From assembly GCA_041441465.1 (NCBI GenBank), contig JASDSY010000029.1, positions 72,197 to 136,196 on the forward strand: a stretch of DNA of 64,000 nt, written 5' to 3'. A model generated the notes under the pieces. The model ran no database searches, had not been told where the DNA came from, and saw only the letters and a program-made list of their open reading frames with translations. The translations under genes and the position numbers were made by a program. Every line of letters begins with the position of its first letter. Positions within the stretch are counted from its first letter, which is position 1. Positions 46,973 to 57,511 of the stretch are shown one piece after another. This DNA comes from Candidatus Wallbacteria bacterium. Lineage in GTDB: Bacteria; Muiribacteriota; UBA9980.

Positions 46973-47128
46973 TATATTAATCAGCATTTGAAATTTTTCT
47001 TATTATTGTCTGTTTATGCGTGTTTTAAAATTAAAAAATGCCGATAAATATTGCAATTAAAAAATACCTTAAATGACTGAATTTTTAAAAGGCGAAAAAT
47101 AAAATCAAAGGTTAATTTCTATCGAATT

Positions 47129-48199
47129 ATGAATGATTATATTAAAGAATTAAAAATAGGCAATGTAAAAATAAAAAATAATATTATTTTAGCGCCGATG
47201 GCCGGAATTACGGACTATCCGTTCAGACTTTTATCATTGATTTTTGGTGTGGGACTTACCGTTTCGGAGATGGTGAATGTCACCGGCATGCATTATAAGA
47301 GTAAACTTACACCGACGTTAATAAAACGCGCTGAAGGCGAAAGACCATTTTCGATACAGCTTTTTGGAAATAACGCCGACCATTTTGCCACTTCGGTAAG
47401 ATTTATTGCCGAGAATAAATTAAGCGAAATTATAGACATAAATATGGGCTGTCCTGCTAAAAATGTCACCAGTTCGAAATCCGGCGTATATTTAATGAAG
47501 GACATAGAAAACGCTAAAAAAATTGTAAAATCCGCCGTGGCAGCGGCCGCTGAGTATAATCCGGCGCCGCCTGTAACCGTTAAAATAAGATTGGGCTGGG
47601 ATTTAAACTCGATAATAGCTCCTGATTTTTGCAGAATGCTTGAAGATCTTGGAGTATCCATGATAACGGTTCACGGCAGGACATATTCTATGATGTTTTC
47701 CGGTACGCCTTTATATAAATATATCGCTGAATGTAAAAAGGCGGTTAAGGTTCCGGTTATAGCCAACGGCGATATAAATCTTTATGAATCGATTAAAAAT
47801 GTTATTGATATTACCGGCGCCGACGGAGTAATGATAGGACGCGCCGCTATGGGACGGCCGTGGATTTTTAAAGACATATTAAATGCCGCTGAAAATAAAA
47901 ATGGACTGCATTTTCAAATTCCGGATATGATTAAGCTTATGAAGATTCATAGTAAACTTGTAGAAGAATTTTATAGGGATATAAGCGGCATTGTTACCAT
48001 AAGAAAGCATCTTTTGTGGTATACACGCGGCTGGCATCAGGGCGCTCAGCTTCGCGAAAAACTCAAGCTGGCTGAAAGTACTGAACATATCGAACAGATG
48101 CTTTCCGAATATTTGTCGAGTTCTAAATTCGTGGATATTCCTGAAAACAGGGTGTTTAATGTTTATTCTCACTCGCCTCAGCAAATTGAGACTGTGTAA
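47129..48199 (+). CDS. dus: tRNA-dihydrouridine synthase
   Basis: ILAPMAGITDYPFRLL and a TIM-barrel FMN-binding pattern with the catalytic Cys in INMGCPAKNV. Confidence 0.85.
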   Translation: MNDYIKELKIGNVKIKNNIILAPMAGITDYPFRLLSLIFGVGLTVSEMVNVTGMHYKSKLTPTLIKRAEGERPFSIQLFGNNADHFATSVRFIAENKLSEIIDINMGCPAKNVTSSKSGVYLMKDIENAKKIVKSAVAAAAEYNPAPPVTVKIRLGWDLNSIIAPDFCRMLEDLGVSMITVHGRTYSMMFSGTPLYKYIAECKKAVKVPVIANGDINLYESIKNVIDITGADGVMIGRAAMGRPWIFKDILNAAENKNGLHFQIPDMIKLMKIHSKLVEEFYRDISGIVTIRKHLLWYTRGWHQGAQLREKLKLAESTEHIEQMLSEYLSSSKFVDIPENRVFNVYSHSPQQIETV

Positions 48200-48203
48200 A
48201 CGA

Positions 48204-51086
48204 ATGAAAAAAAACTTATTTTTAATTTATTTAATATTTTTCGCAATATTGTTTGCCGGCATTAAACCGCTTTATGCGCAAAGCGTTTTTCCGCCCGGCG
48301 AGCTTTATTTTTCACCCGCGACTTCGCTCGAGGATAAGCTGGCCGGCTTTATCAAGCAATCTCAGGGCAGCATTTTTTTGTGCACCAATTCATTGGATTC
48401 AAAAAAAATAGCCGACGCGTTGATAGACGCCCGCACTTTACGGCAGCTGCCTGTAAAAGTTATTATTTATAAACCTAATGCCGCCGGCAATGCTTTTATA
48501 GAAAAATTTTTGTATTACGGAATAAATGTCGTTCTTGCTGAAAATTCAGACGGTTTTGATTTTAATTTTTGTATGATAGATTTCAATTCTGTATTTTTAA
48601 CTTCGGCGCCTTTTAATTATAAATCGTTGAATCAAAATTATAATTATGCGATGATTGTCAATAGCGAAAAATTTGCGGAAAATTTTCAATATGAATTTGT
48701 TGAAATGTTCGAGGGCCATTATTTCGGAAGCGCCTCGCCCTCAAACACGCCTAACGCTAATATAAATATAAACGGCGCCTACTTAGATACGGCCTTTTTG
48801 CCTGAAGACGCGAGCGACAATAAAATCACATCGATAATATCCAGGGCAGCCAAACAAATAAAAATAATGTCGCCTGAATTAAAAAACGAGTTAATAAACG
48901 ATAATGTTATAGGACGTAAAAACGCAATTTCAGATATTACTTTAATTTTTAACGGCGAAGAGAGCGGCACCCAATTTACGGCCAGACCCGAATATGAAAG
49001 ATACCGTAAATCCGGTATTTATACCGTTTTAAATAAAAATTACGCGAAAATTGAGTGCCCGTTTATAGTAGTAGACGCGCAGCAGGTTTTGCTTTTTGGA
49101 AATAAAAAAGCTGTATCGAATACGACATTAGCCGATTCGGCTTTCATTTCGATTAATTCGAAGGAAGCCGCTTCAATGTTCACAACTTTTTTTGATTCAA
49201 TCGTAAAATCAAATACTGAAAATATAGTTTTAAAGGGCCAGGTTGTTAATTCAAGTAATAATCTGCCTTTAGAAGGAGTAAGGGTCTGGCTTTCGAATTT
49301 GAATGCCGAAATTTATACCGACTATCTTGGCTGGTATGAAATGAAAGGTAATTTGCCTGATGAATTCCTGATTTCAGCCGAGAAGGAATATTATTTTTCT
49401 CAGGATATAAATTTTTCAAAAAAAAATGGAACCAGACTTGATTTTTTTCTTAAATCTATTGTATCATATAATAGTTTATCCGGATTTATAATCAGTGAAA
49501 CTACGCGTCTGCCGATTTCAGGGTGCGGGCTTGTCGCGGCTTATATTGAAAACGGCACCGGGACACGCACTTTTATAAGGACAAACACTAACGAAAAAGG
49601 TTTTTTTAGTTTTAAGGCGCTGCCGGTCGGAAAAATTGATCTTGAAATTACGCACCCGAATTACCAGACTAAGCTCGAAAAAGCCTATGAAGTAAAGTCT
49701 GGTCAGGCTATTTCACTAAGCGGTCCGCTGGTTTTGAAGCCTAACTACATTATAACCGCTTATCCGAATCCGATTTTTGAGGATAATTTATTCATAAATA
49801 TTAAGGATTCGAATGCGGGCGGCCAGGTGCCGCAGGTTACCATAAAACAGAATAATTATGCTGAAATTCCAGTAAGTATGAGAATTGGCGCGTCGGCTGA
49901 TATTTATAACATATATATCGGTAATTATATAATAAAAAAGGGATACTACGGAACGGCAAGAATAAGCGTAAACGGCTCAATGTCATATAAGGACATTAAT
50001 ATCGACTTTCTCGAGGCTTATAAAAATTATACTTATTCGGCTCCGAAAAATGATGGAAATGTGGCTTTCGCACTTAATCTCGCAGGCGAATCGATAAAGA
50101 AATCTGCGTTTATAGCTATTCAAAATGATTCGTCAGTAATTTTAAGAGGAACGCAAGACCTAAAAAAAGACGGTTTATGTTTATTGGACGGCTGCGAACC
50201 TGTTTCGGTGGATATTAAATCAAAGGCTTTTTCGCCGGCCGATAGTTCAAATAGCATAAGGAATAATATAGAATTCAAGCTGCCGTATGAAACATATAAA
50301 AAAAATGTCAATGAAAATGGCGGAGTTCCGGCGATATATTTTTATGATACAGCTTTAGGAACATGGAAATATTTAAAAACTGCAACTGATTTGCCTGAAT
50401 ATTCAACTGATATAAGCAGCGAGGTTATACTTAAATGTGAATTTTCAGAACCCGGTATTTTCGGTGTTTTAAGTGATAATACCGTGCCGGTAGTAGACAG
50501 CGTAAAAAATAATCTGGGTTGTTTGGAAATTGATATTATTGATAACGGGTCCGGTATTTCCGAAAGGGGTCTTTCTTTATACTCTAATAATACGCTTGAA
50601 AACGCTGTGAGCGTGAATTTTATAAATTATGAAAAAAATGATAAAAAAGCTAAATTTAGAATCAGCTCTATTGATAGCGATTATTTAAAAAAGGACATTA
50701 ACGTTGTTCTCAGCGATAATTCGGGAAATTCATCCGTAATTTCACTGAAATCAATCGTTGATAAAGCTCCGGCTGCCAATTCTTCGTTACGGATTGTAGA
50801 GTTTTATCCAAATCCCTGCAAAAGTTTTGGTAAATTCAGAGTGCGAAGCGGAGAAAATGATTTCGTGACTTTAAAAATTTATGACGGCTCCGGCGGTATG
50901 ATTTTTGAAGTTTGTGAAGATTCGCCGGTATCTCAGGGAGTCAGCGAATTTAATTTTAACGTAAATAATTTAGCGATTTTCAAAAATAAAATTGGAGTTA
51001 ATAGACTTTCAAACGGAGTTTATTTTTATAAGGCGATTTTTGCCTCAGGACATGAAACTAATGGTAAATTTTCTATATTAAAGTAG
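48204..51086 (+). CDS. Large secreted multidomain protein with a PLD-like N-domain, CarboxypepD_reg-like beta-sandwiches and a T9SS type-A C-terminal sorting domain
   Basis: Signal peptide MKKNLFLIYLIFFAILFAGIKPLYAQ. The C-terminal ~80 aa (VEFYPNPCKS...GVYFYKA...KFSILK) fits the Por/T9SS CTD. The internal start was chosen over the ORF-track start, which overlaps dus. Confidence 0.55.
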   Translation: MKKNLFLIYLIFFAILFAGIKPLYAQSVFPPGELYFSPATSLEDKLAGFIKQSQGSIFLCTNSLDSKKIADALIDARTLRQLPVKVIIYKPNAAGNAFIEKFLYYGINVVLAENSDGFDFNFCMIDFNSVFLTSAPFNYKSLNQNYNYAMIVNSEKFAENFQYEFVEMFEGHYFGSASPSNTPNANININGAYLDTAFLPEDASDNKITSIISRAAKQIKIMSPELKNELINDNVIGRKNAISDITLIFNGEESGTQFTARPEYERYRKSGIYTVLNKNYAKIECPFIVVDAQQVLLFGNKKAVSNTTLADSAFISINSKEAASMFTTFFDSIVKSNTENIVLKGQVVNSSNNLPLEGVRVWLSNLNAEIYTDYLGWYEMKGNLPDEFLISAEKEYYFSQDINFSKKNGTRLDFFLKSIVSYNSLSGFIISETTRLPISGCGLVAAYIENGTGTRTFIRTNTNEKGFFSFKALPVGKIDLEITHPNYQTKLEKAYEVKSGQAISLSGPLVLKPNYIITAYPNPIFEDNLFINIKDSNAGGQVPQVTIKQNNYAEIPVSMRIGASADIYNIYIGNYIIKKGYYGTARISVNGSMSYKDINIDFLEAYKNYTYSAPKNDGNVAFALNLAGESIKKSAFIAIQNDSSVILRGTQDLKKDGLCLLDGCEPVSVDIKSKAFSPADSSNSIRNNIEFKLPYETYKKNVNENGGVPAIYFYDTALGTWKYLKTATDLPEYSTDISSEVILKCEFSEPGIFGVLSDNTVPVVDSVKNNLGCLEIDIIDNGSGISERGLSLYSNNTLENAVSVNFINYEKNDKKAKFRISSIDSDYLKKDINVVLSDNSGNSSVISLKSIVDKAPAANSSLRIVEFYPNPCKSFGKFRVRSGENDFVTLKIYDGSGGMIFEVCEDSPVSQGVSEFNFNVNNLAIFKNKIGVNRLSNGVYFYKAIFASGHETNGKFSILK

Positions 51087-51101
51087 GAAGTGTAGGTAAT
51101 T

Positions 51102-51521
51102 ATGGGAAAAAGACGTGATGCAAGAGTGTTGGCATTAACTTTTATGTACCAATTCGACCTTGGAATTCATGAAAAGCTGGACGATATTATCCATTATACT
51201 TTATTTGTCGACGAGTATGAAGTAGATGTCGTTAATTATGCCACGAAATTGGCCGCCGGCACTGTGAAAAATCTGGCTGAAGTCGATGACATAATAACTA
51301 GATCGGCGGATAACTGGTCAATTGGGCGAATGGCGACGCTCGACCGCAATATTTTACGACTTTCCATTTACGAAATGCTCTACGAAGAGGATGTTCCAAA
51401 AAACGTTACGATTAACGAAGCCGTTGAAGTCGCAAAGACATTCAGTACTGAAAAGTCCGGAGAGTTCGTTAACGGAATTTTAGACAAGATAAGTAAAACT
51501 TATATAAAAAATAAAAAATAA
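51102..51521 (+). CDS. nusB: Transcription antitermination factor NusB
   Basis: MGKRRDARVLALTFMYQFD and ~140 aa. Confidence 0.85.
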   Translation: MGKRRDARVLALTFMYQFDLGIHEKLDDIIHYTLFVDEYEVDVVNYATKLAAGTVKNLAEVDDIITRSADNWSIGRMATLDRNILRLSIYEMLYEEDVPKNVTINEAVEVAKTFSTEKSGEFVNGILDKISKTYIKNKK

Positions 51522-51586
51522 AATTATTAAAAAATGAAAACTATTCAATATTAAATTATTAATATTGGATAATAAGGAGACTGATT

Positions 51587-53338
51587 ATGGCAAGGGTTGA
51601 AAAAAAGCTTCTTGGCCAGAGTCTTATAAGCGCTAATTTAATAACTCAAAAGCAGCTTGACGAAGCTTTAAAAGAACAAAGAAAAACCGACCAATCACTT
51701 GGGATTATTCTGATAACTAATAATTTCATATCCCAGGTCGAACTTATAAATTTTCTTGAAAGTAAGCTCGGAATACCTTATGCCAATCTTACTAATTATG
51801 TTATTGATCCTGAAATAGTAAAAATTGTACCTCTCGATATAGCTTCGAAATATAAATTGATACCGCTTTTAAAGGTTAAAAGCACGCTTACGGTTGCAAT
51901 GCTCGATCCGCTGGATAGTTTTGTAATAGATTCCTTGAAATATACCACTGGCTGTGATATTAAGCCGCTGGTCTCCACTAAGGAAGAAATAGAAAAATCG
52001 CTTGAAAAATATTATAATGTCAAAAGTGCCGCGGCTAAAGATAATGTTCAGGTTTCACAAAATCTTATGGGCGACGCTGAACAGTTGAATGAATTACAAC
52101 AATTCGCAAATAAATTGCAGGGTATTACTGATACCTCTTTCGGCGGCGGCAGTAACGACAATGAAGCGCCGGTAGTAAAATTAGTTAATTTGATAATCGT
52201 AAAAGCTATATCCGAAGGCGCGTCCGATATTCATATCGAGCCGTCTGAAAAGGCGCTGCGCACAAGATATAGAATCGACGGAATTTTGCATGAAGTCATG
52301 TCGCTTAGTAAAACTCTTGAGTCGGCTGTATTATCGAGAATAAAAATAATGGGAAACATGGATATTTCAGAAAAGAGAATTCCGCAGGACGGCCGCTCGG
52401 AAATGAAGCTTATGAATAGAAGCATCGACCTTCGTATTTCTTCATTTCCATGTGTTCACGGCGAAAAGATAGTTATAAGAATATTGGATAAAAGCGGTGT
52501 TCTTATACCGCTTGAAGATCTTGGTTTTTCACACGCGGTTCTTGAAAAATTCAAATTGATGATCAGAAAACCAAATGGAATTATACTTGTTACCGGCCCT
52601 ACCGGTTCAGGTAAATCAACGACATTGTACGCATCGCTCGATAAGATCAACTCAATGGATAAAAATATTGTTACAATTGAAGACCCGGTCGAATATGAGT
52701 TAAGTACTATTAACCAGGCGCAGATAAATGTCAAGGCTGGATTTACTTTCGCTCACGGCTTGAGGTCAATATTGAGGCAGGACCCTGATATAGTAATGGT
52801 CGGAGAAATACGTGACTACGAGACTGCCGAGATCGCGATAAGAGCAGCATTAACAGGCCATCTTGTGTTTTCGACGCTTCATACAAATGACGCATCAGGC
52901 GCGATTACAAGACTTATTGATATGAAAATCGAGCCGTTTTTGATTTCGTCATCAATTATTTGCGTTATGGCTCAGCGACTTATCAGAAAAATATGCGAAA
53001 AATGCAAAACTTCATATATGCCGACACCGCAATTTATAGATAAAATTAACCAGTTGATCAATACCAATTTACCGGACAATTTTGAATTATACAGGGGTAA
53101 GGGCTGCGCGTTTTGCAAGCATACCGGCTTTAAAGGCAGAACAACCATTAATGAACTGTTGATACCAAACGAAAGAATTCATGAATTGATCATCAACAGG
53201 GCGCCTACTTCGCAGATAAAAAAAGAAGCTAAATTGAATGATATGAAGTCGCTTCGTGAGGACGGCATATTTAAAGTTATTGAAGGTATTACTACGATTG
53301 AAGAAGTTATAAGGGTAACACAGGCAGATGAAAGCTAA
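51587..53338 (+). CDS. Second PilB/GspE/MshE-family secretion ATPase with an N-terminal GspE_N (MshEN-like) domain
   Basis: Walker A GPTGSGKSTTLYAS and the tetracysteine CEKC...CAFC are present. The N-terminus LLGQSLISANLITQKQLDEALKEQ matches the MshEN c-di-GMP-binding motif pattern (LGxxLIxxxLIxxxxLxxALxxQ). Confidence 0.85.
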   Translation: MARVEKKLLGQSLISANLITQKQLDEALKEQRKTDQSLGIILITNNFISQVELINFLESKLGIPYANLTNYVIDPEIVKIVPLDIASKYKLIPLLKVKSTLTVAMLDPLDSFVIDSLKYTTGCDIKPLVSTKEEIEKSLEKYYNVKSAAAKDNVQVSQNLMGDAEQLNELQQFANKLQGITDTSFGGGSNDNEAPVVKLVNLIIVKAISEGASDIHIEPSEKALRTRYRIDGILHEVMSLSKTLESAVLSRIKIMGNMDISEKRIPQDGRSEMKLMNRSIDLRISSFPCVHGEKIVIRILDKSGVLIPLEDLGFSHAVLEKFKLMIRKPNGIILVTGPTGSGKSTTLYASLDKINSMDKNIVTIEDPVEYELSTINQAQINVKAGFTFAHGLRSILRQDPDIVMVGEIRDYETAEIAIRAALTGHLVFSTLHTNDASGAITRLIDMKIEPFLISSSIICVMAQRLIRKICEKCKTSYMPTPQFIDKINQLINTNLPDNFELYRGKGCAFCKHTGFKGRTTINELLIPNERIHELIINRAPTSQIKKEAKLNDMKSLREDGIFKVIEGITTIEEVIRVTQADES

Positions 53339-53837
53339 TCAAAATACCGAGGAAACATTTATTGAATATAACGGCATCGAATTCGAACCGCCTGTTTTCG
53401 AGACCGAAATCAGGGTGAGGTATGCTGAAACTGACCGTATGGACGTTGTTTATTACGGTAATTATTTTACATGGTTCGAGGTTGCTCGCGGTGATGTTTT
53501 AAGGCAAATAGGCTATCCTTACTCTCAAATTGAAAAAGATGGAGTAATTTTGCCTGTCGGTGAGGCCTATTGCAAATATATAGCGCCGACAGCTTATGAC
53601 GATTTGATCGTTATTGCCTCAAAAATTGATGAATTCAGCGTTCATAAAATTTCTTTTATATATGAAATTTATAAAATGCCGGAACGTAAACTTTGCAGCA
53701 AAGGTTATACCATGCACCCCATTATCGGACGCGATGGAAAGATATTAAGGCATGATAATAGCGGCGTAATAGATAAAATCAAGAAAAGTTTATTTGAGTT
53801 CTCACAAAAAAGCGCTATAAATCATAGTCAAACATAA
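53328..53837 (+). CDS. YbgC/4HBT-family acyl-CoA thioesterase
   Basis: YAETDRMDVVYYGNYFTWFEVAR is the hotdog-fold 4HBT signature. It overlaps the previous gene by 11 nt. Confidence 0.7.
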   Translation: MKANQNTEETFIEYNGIEFEPPVFETEIRVRYAETDRMDVVYYGNYFTWFEVARGDVLRQIGYPYSQIEKDGVILPVGEAYCKYIAPTAYDDLIVIASKIDEFSVHKISFIYEIYKMPERKLCSKGYTMHPIIGRDGKILRHDNSGVIDKIKKSLFEFSQKSAINHSQT

Positions 53838-54076
53838 AATCAGGCAATAAAAAAAGCCTTTGAAAATAATTTTTATTTATTATTAATCAATATAAAAATC
53901 GACTCTTATTTTAATTATGCTTTTCAAGACTACTCTTAAATGTTGCTTTAAGTAAAATCAAAATAAGAATTGCTGAAGTTTAAAGAAAAATAAAATGCCG
54001 GAAGCGGCATTAATTTTTATGTTTACATATTTTATATAAATATTACCAAATTTATTATGAAAAAGGTGAAATAAAA

Positions 54077-54370
54077 ATGATTTCACGTGAAGAAGTGCTT
54101 AAAATTTCAAAACTTGCTATGCTTGAACTCACTGACGAGGAAGTTTCAAATTATACCAGGCAGCTTGGCGGTATTTTAGGTTTTTTTGAAGAATTAAAAG
54201 AACTGGACTTAAAAAATGTCGAACCGGCTAATCACGCAATTATAACGCCGGATATTACAAGGGAAGATATTGCGAAAAAGTCGCGCTGCCAAATTGAGGT
54301 TGTCGGCCAGTCGCCGGAAACTGACGGTAAAAACATAATAGTTCCTGCAATAATTGAAACTGAGGAGTAG
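54077..54370 (+). CDS. gatC: Glu/Asp-tRNA amidotransferase subunit C
   Basis: MISREEVLKISKLAMLELTDEE, 97 aa. Confidence 0.85.
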   Translation: MISREEVLKISKLAMLELTDEEVSNYTRQLGGILGFFEELKELDLKNVEPANHAIITPDITREDIAKKSRCQIEVVGQSPETDGKNIIVPAIIETEE

Positions 54371-54377
54371 TCATAAA

Positions 54378-55853
54378 ATGAGCGATAAATTTTTAAAATT
54401 TGATAACGTAAAAGACATGCCGCTTCATTATAAACCAGCCCATGAAATTAGAAGAATGATAGATAATAAGGAATTATCGGCTGCTGAATTAAAACAGCAT
54501 ATCAAGGATAGAATTTCGGCAGTAGAACCTAAACTGAAGGCTTTTTTGAGATTTTCAAAAGAAGCGGCCATTGATAATTCAGATAAAAATAATTTTTGGA
54601 ATAATATCCCTGTCACGCTAAAAGATAACATTATGACTGCCGGCGAAATTACGACGGCTGGTTCAAAAATACTTTCAAATTATACCGCGGTATATGATGC
54701 TACAGTAACTAAGAAACTTCGTGAAAGCGGCGCATTTATCGTAGGTAAAGCTAATCTCGACGAATTTGCGATGGGTTCGTCGACTGAAAATTCGGCTTTT
54801 GAAAAAACCGCTAATCCCTGGGATGTTCAATATGTCCCTGGCGGTTCGTCAGGCGGTTCGGCCGTTGCGGTCGCGTCTGGAATGTCATATATGTCGCTTG
54901 GCAGCGATACGGGCGGTTCAATAAGACAGCCAGCTTCATTTTGCGGTATTTGCGGTTTAAAACCTACTTATGGAAGAGTTTCACGTTATGGCCTTATCGC
55001 ATATGCAAGCTCGCTCGATCAAATCGGGCCTTTTACGCGCGATGCCGTTGATATGGCATATGCAATGGAAGCTATTTCGGGCCACGATAATAACGATTCG
55101 ACATCAAGCGCGATGCCGGTTGATAATTATGTAGAAAAAGTAAAAAATGGAATTGATGTTTCTAAATTAAAAATAGGCGTGCCGGAGGAATTTTTCGGCG
55201 GCGACGGCATCGATCCTGAAGTTTTGAAATGCGTTGAGAATGCTATTGAAACATATAAAAAACTCGGCGCGAAAATAGTAAAAATTTCTTTACCGCACAC
55301 TAAATATGCGATTCCGGTTTACTATCTGGTGGCGACTGCGGAAGCAAGCTCCAACCTTGCACGTTTTGATGGAATACGATATGGTTACAGAGCGAAAGAT
55401 TATACGAATTTGAAGACATTATATCAAAAAACAAGAGATGAAGGGTTCGGTCCTGAGGTAAAAAGAAGGATAATCCTTGGTACATATGGGTTAAGTTCAG
55501 GATATTATGATGCTTATTATAAAAACGCGCAAAAAGCAAGAACTAAAATGACAGAAGATTTTGTCAATGCTTTTAAAAATGTTGATATTATATTAACACC
55601 GACTTCGCCTACAATTCCATTCAAGTTTGGCGAAAAAATCGATGATCCTGTTACAATGTATAAGTCGGATATTTTTACGATATCTGTTAATTTAGCTTCA
55701 ATTCCAGGCATGTCAATACCTTGCGGATTCGTTAAAAACTTGCCGGTAGGATTGCAAATTCTTGGCAATTATTTCGAGGAGTCAAAAATCATAGTAGCCG
55801 CCAACGAATTCCAGAAGCAGACAGATTATCACAAAACATTCCCAAATTTATAA
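54378..55853 (+). CDS. gatA: Glu/Asp-tRNA amidotransferase subunit A (amidase)
   Basis: Amidase signature GGSSGGSAVAVASG...GSDTGGSIRQPA. SD gaggag lies upstream of Met 54378. Confidence 0.9.
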   Translation: MSDKFLKFDNVKDMPLHYKPAHEIRRMIDNKELSAAELKQHIKDRISAVEPKLKAFLRFSKEAAIDNSDKNNFWNNIPVTLKDNIMTAGEITTAGSKILSNYTAVYDATVTKKLRESGAFIVGKANLDEFAMGSSTENSAFEKTANPWDVQYVPGGSSGGSAVAVASGMSYMSLGSDTGGSIRQPASFCGICGLKPTYGRVSRYGLIAYASSLDQIGPFTRDAVDMAYAMEAISGHDNNDSTSSAMPVDNYVEKVKNGIDVSKLKIGVPEEFFGGDGIDPEVLKCVENAIETYKKLGAKIVKISLPHTKYAIPVYYLVATAEASSNLARFDGIRYGYRAKDYTNLKTLYQKTRDEGFGPEVKRRIILGTYGLSSGYYDAYYKNAQKARTKMTEDFVNAFKNVDIILTPTSPTIPFKFGEKIDDPVTMYKSDIFTISVNLASIPGMSIPCGFVKNLPVGLQILGNYFEESKIIVAANEFQKQTDYHKTFPNL

Positions 55854-55896
55854 TAAAAAACTTAGCTCCAAAATCCAATTTATCTAATAATTTATA

Positions 55897-55927
55897 TTAT
55901 GTAAACTTAGTAATTGAGAAATTTGAG
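55897..55927 (+). repeat. Conserved intergenic motif, copy 1: ttatgtaaacttagtaattgagaaatttgag
   Basis: Lies in the 161-nt gatA-gatB gap. A near-identical copy is at 62826-62856, with ~45 nt of extended similarity. Confidence 0.4.
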
Positions 55928-56014
55928 TTTTTTAAGTTATATTGAAAATTAATGTCATAAATTTTTTATTTTGTTTTTTATAATTTTTTTATTTTTTTCA
56001 GGGGGAAATTTTTA

Positions 56015-57478
56015 ATGAAATATGAAGCCGTTATTGGTCTTGAAGTACATGTTCAATTGAATACCAAGACCAAGATATTTTGTAATTGTACGACGGAATA
56101 TAGTGGCAAAGAGCCCAATACATGCGTTTGTGAAATATGCAGCGCACAACCTGGAGTATTGCCTGTTTTAAATAAGCAGGTGCTTGAACATGCAGTAAAA
56201 GCGGGTCTTGCCTTAAATTGTAATATTGCCGCTAAAACAAAGTTCGACAGGAAAAATTATTTTTATCCTGATTTGCCGAAAGGTTATCAAATTTCGCAAT
56301 TTGATATGCCTATATGCGAAAAGGGTTCTTTAAAGGTTTTAGTTCCGACAGAAGTTGAAAATGAATATTATGAAAAAGAAATAGGCATTACCAGAATACA
56401 TATGGAAGAAGATGCCGGAAAAAATATTCATGGCGGCAGCGGTGAAAAATCATATGTAGATTTAAATCGTGCCGGTGTGCCGCTGCTTGAAATCGTTTCT
56501 GAACCGGACATGAGAACTCCGGCTGAAGCACGCGAATATCTTGAAAAATTAAAAATTATTTTAAAATATATAAATATTTCTGATTGTAATATGGAAGACG
56601 GTTCGTTGAGATGTGATGCCAATATTTCAATAAGGCCTGTCGGCGAGAAAAAATTCGGTACAAAAGCTGAGATAAAAAACATGAATTCTTTCAGGGGTGT
56701 TCAGAAAGCCCTTGAATACGAAATAAAAAGACAGACCGAAGTTTTGGAAAGAGGCGAGAAGGTAATTCAAGAAACAAGGCTCTATGATGAAGCTAAAGGC
56801 GTCACCGCTACTATGAGAAAAAAAGAAGGCGCAGTTGATTATAGATATTTTCCTGAACCTGATTTACCGCCTTTCAATGTATCAAGGGAATTTATTGAAA
56901 AAATCAGAACGTTACTTCCGGAAATGCCGGATATTAAATTTAAAAGATATACTGCCGAATACGGCCTGCCGAATTACGATGCGAATTTAATTGCAAATAA
57001 TCCTTCATTAGCAGTTTTTTTCGAAGAGTGTATCAAAAATTACAAAAATTATAAAGCTGTCGCTAACTGGTTAATGGGCGAAGTGGCAAGATTAATGAAT
57101 GAAGCCGCGGTAAATGATATTTCAAAAACAAAAATAACTCCTGTAAATTTAGTTGAAATGTTAAAATTGATTGATAATTCAACAATTTCAGGTAAAATTG
57201 CCAAAACTGTCATTGCGGAAATATTCAATTCAGGCGAAGCTCCGTCAGAAATAATAAAAAAACTTGGATTAGTTCAGATTTCAGACGACAGCGTCATAAT
57301 TTCAATTATAAACGAAGTATTAAAAGAAAACGAAAAAGTCGTAGCTGATTATGTTTCCGGAAAAGATGCAGCCAAAGGATTTTTAGTTGGCCAGGCTATG
57401 AAAAAATCTAAAGGCAAAGCTAATCCTAAAATGGTAAATGAAGTTTTAGAAAAAGAATTATTAAAATTAAGAAAATAG
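56015..57478 (+). CDS. gatB: Glu/Asp-tRNA amidotransferase subunit B
   Basis: MKYEAVIGLEVHVQLNTKTKIFC... is the canonical GatB N-terminus. Confidence 0.9.
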   Translation: MKYEAVIGLEVHVQLNTKTKIFCNCTTEYSGKEPNTCVCEICSAQPGVLPVLNKQVLEHAVKAGLALNCNIAAKTKFDRKNYFYPDLPKGYQISQFDMPICEKGSLKVLVPTEVENEYYEKEIGITRIHMEEDAGKNIHGGSGEKSYVDLNRAGVPLLEIVSEPDMRTPAEAREYLEKLKIILKYINISDCNMEDGSLRCDANISIRPVGEKKFGTKAEIKNMNSFRGVQKALEYEIKRQTEVLERGEKVIQETRLYDEAKGVTATMRKKEGAVDYRYFPEPDLPPFNVSREFIEKIRTLLPEMPDIKFKRYTAEYGLPNYDANLIANNPSLAVFFEECIKNYKNYKAVANWLMGEVARLMNEAAVNDISKTKITPVNLVEMLKLIDNSTISGKIAKTVIAEIFNSGEAPSEIIKKLGLVQISDDSVIISIINEVLKENEKVVADYVSGKDAAKGFLVGQAMKKSKGKANPKMVNEVLEKELLKLRK

Positions 57479-57511
57479 TTCATCTCAAAAATAAAATCAA
57501 ATTGGAGACTT

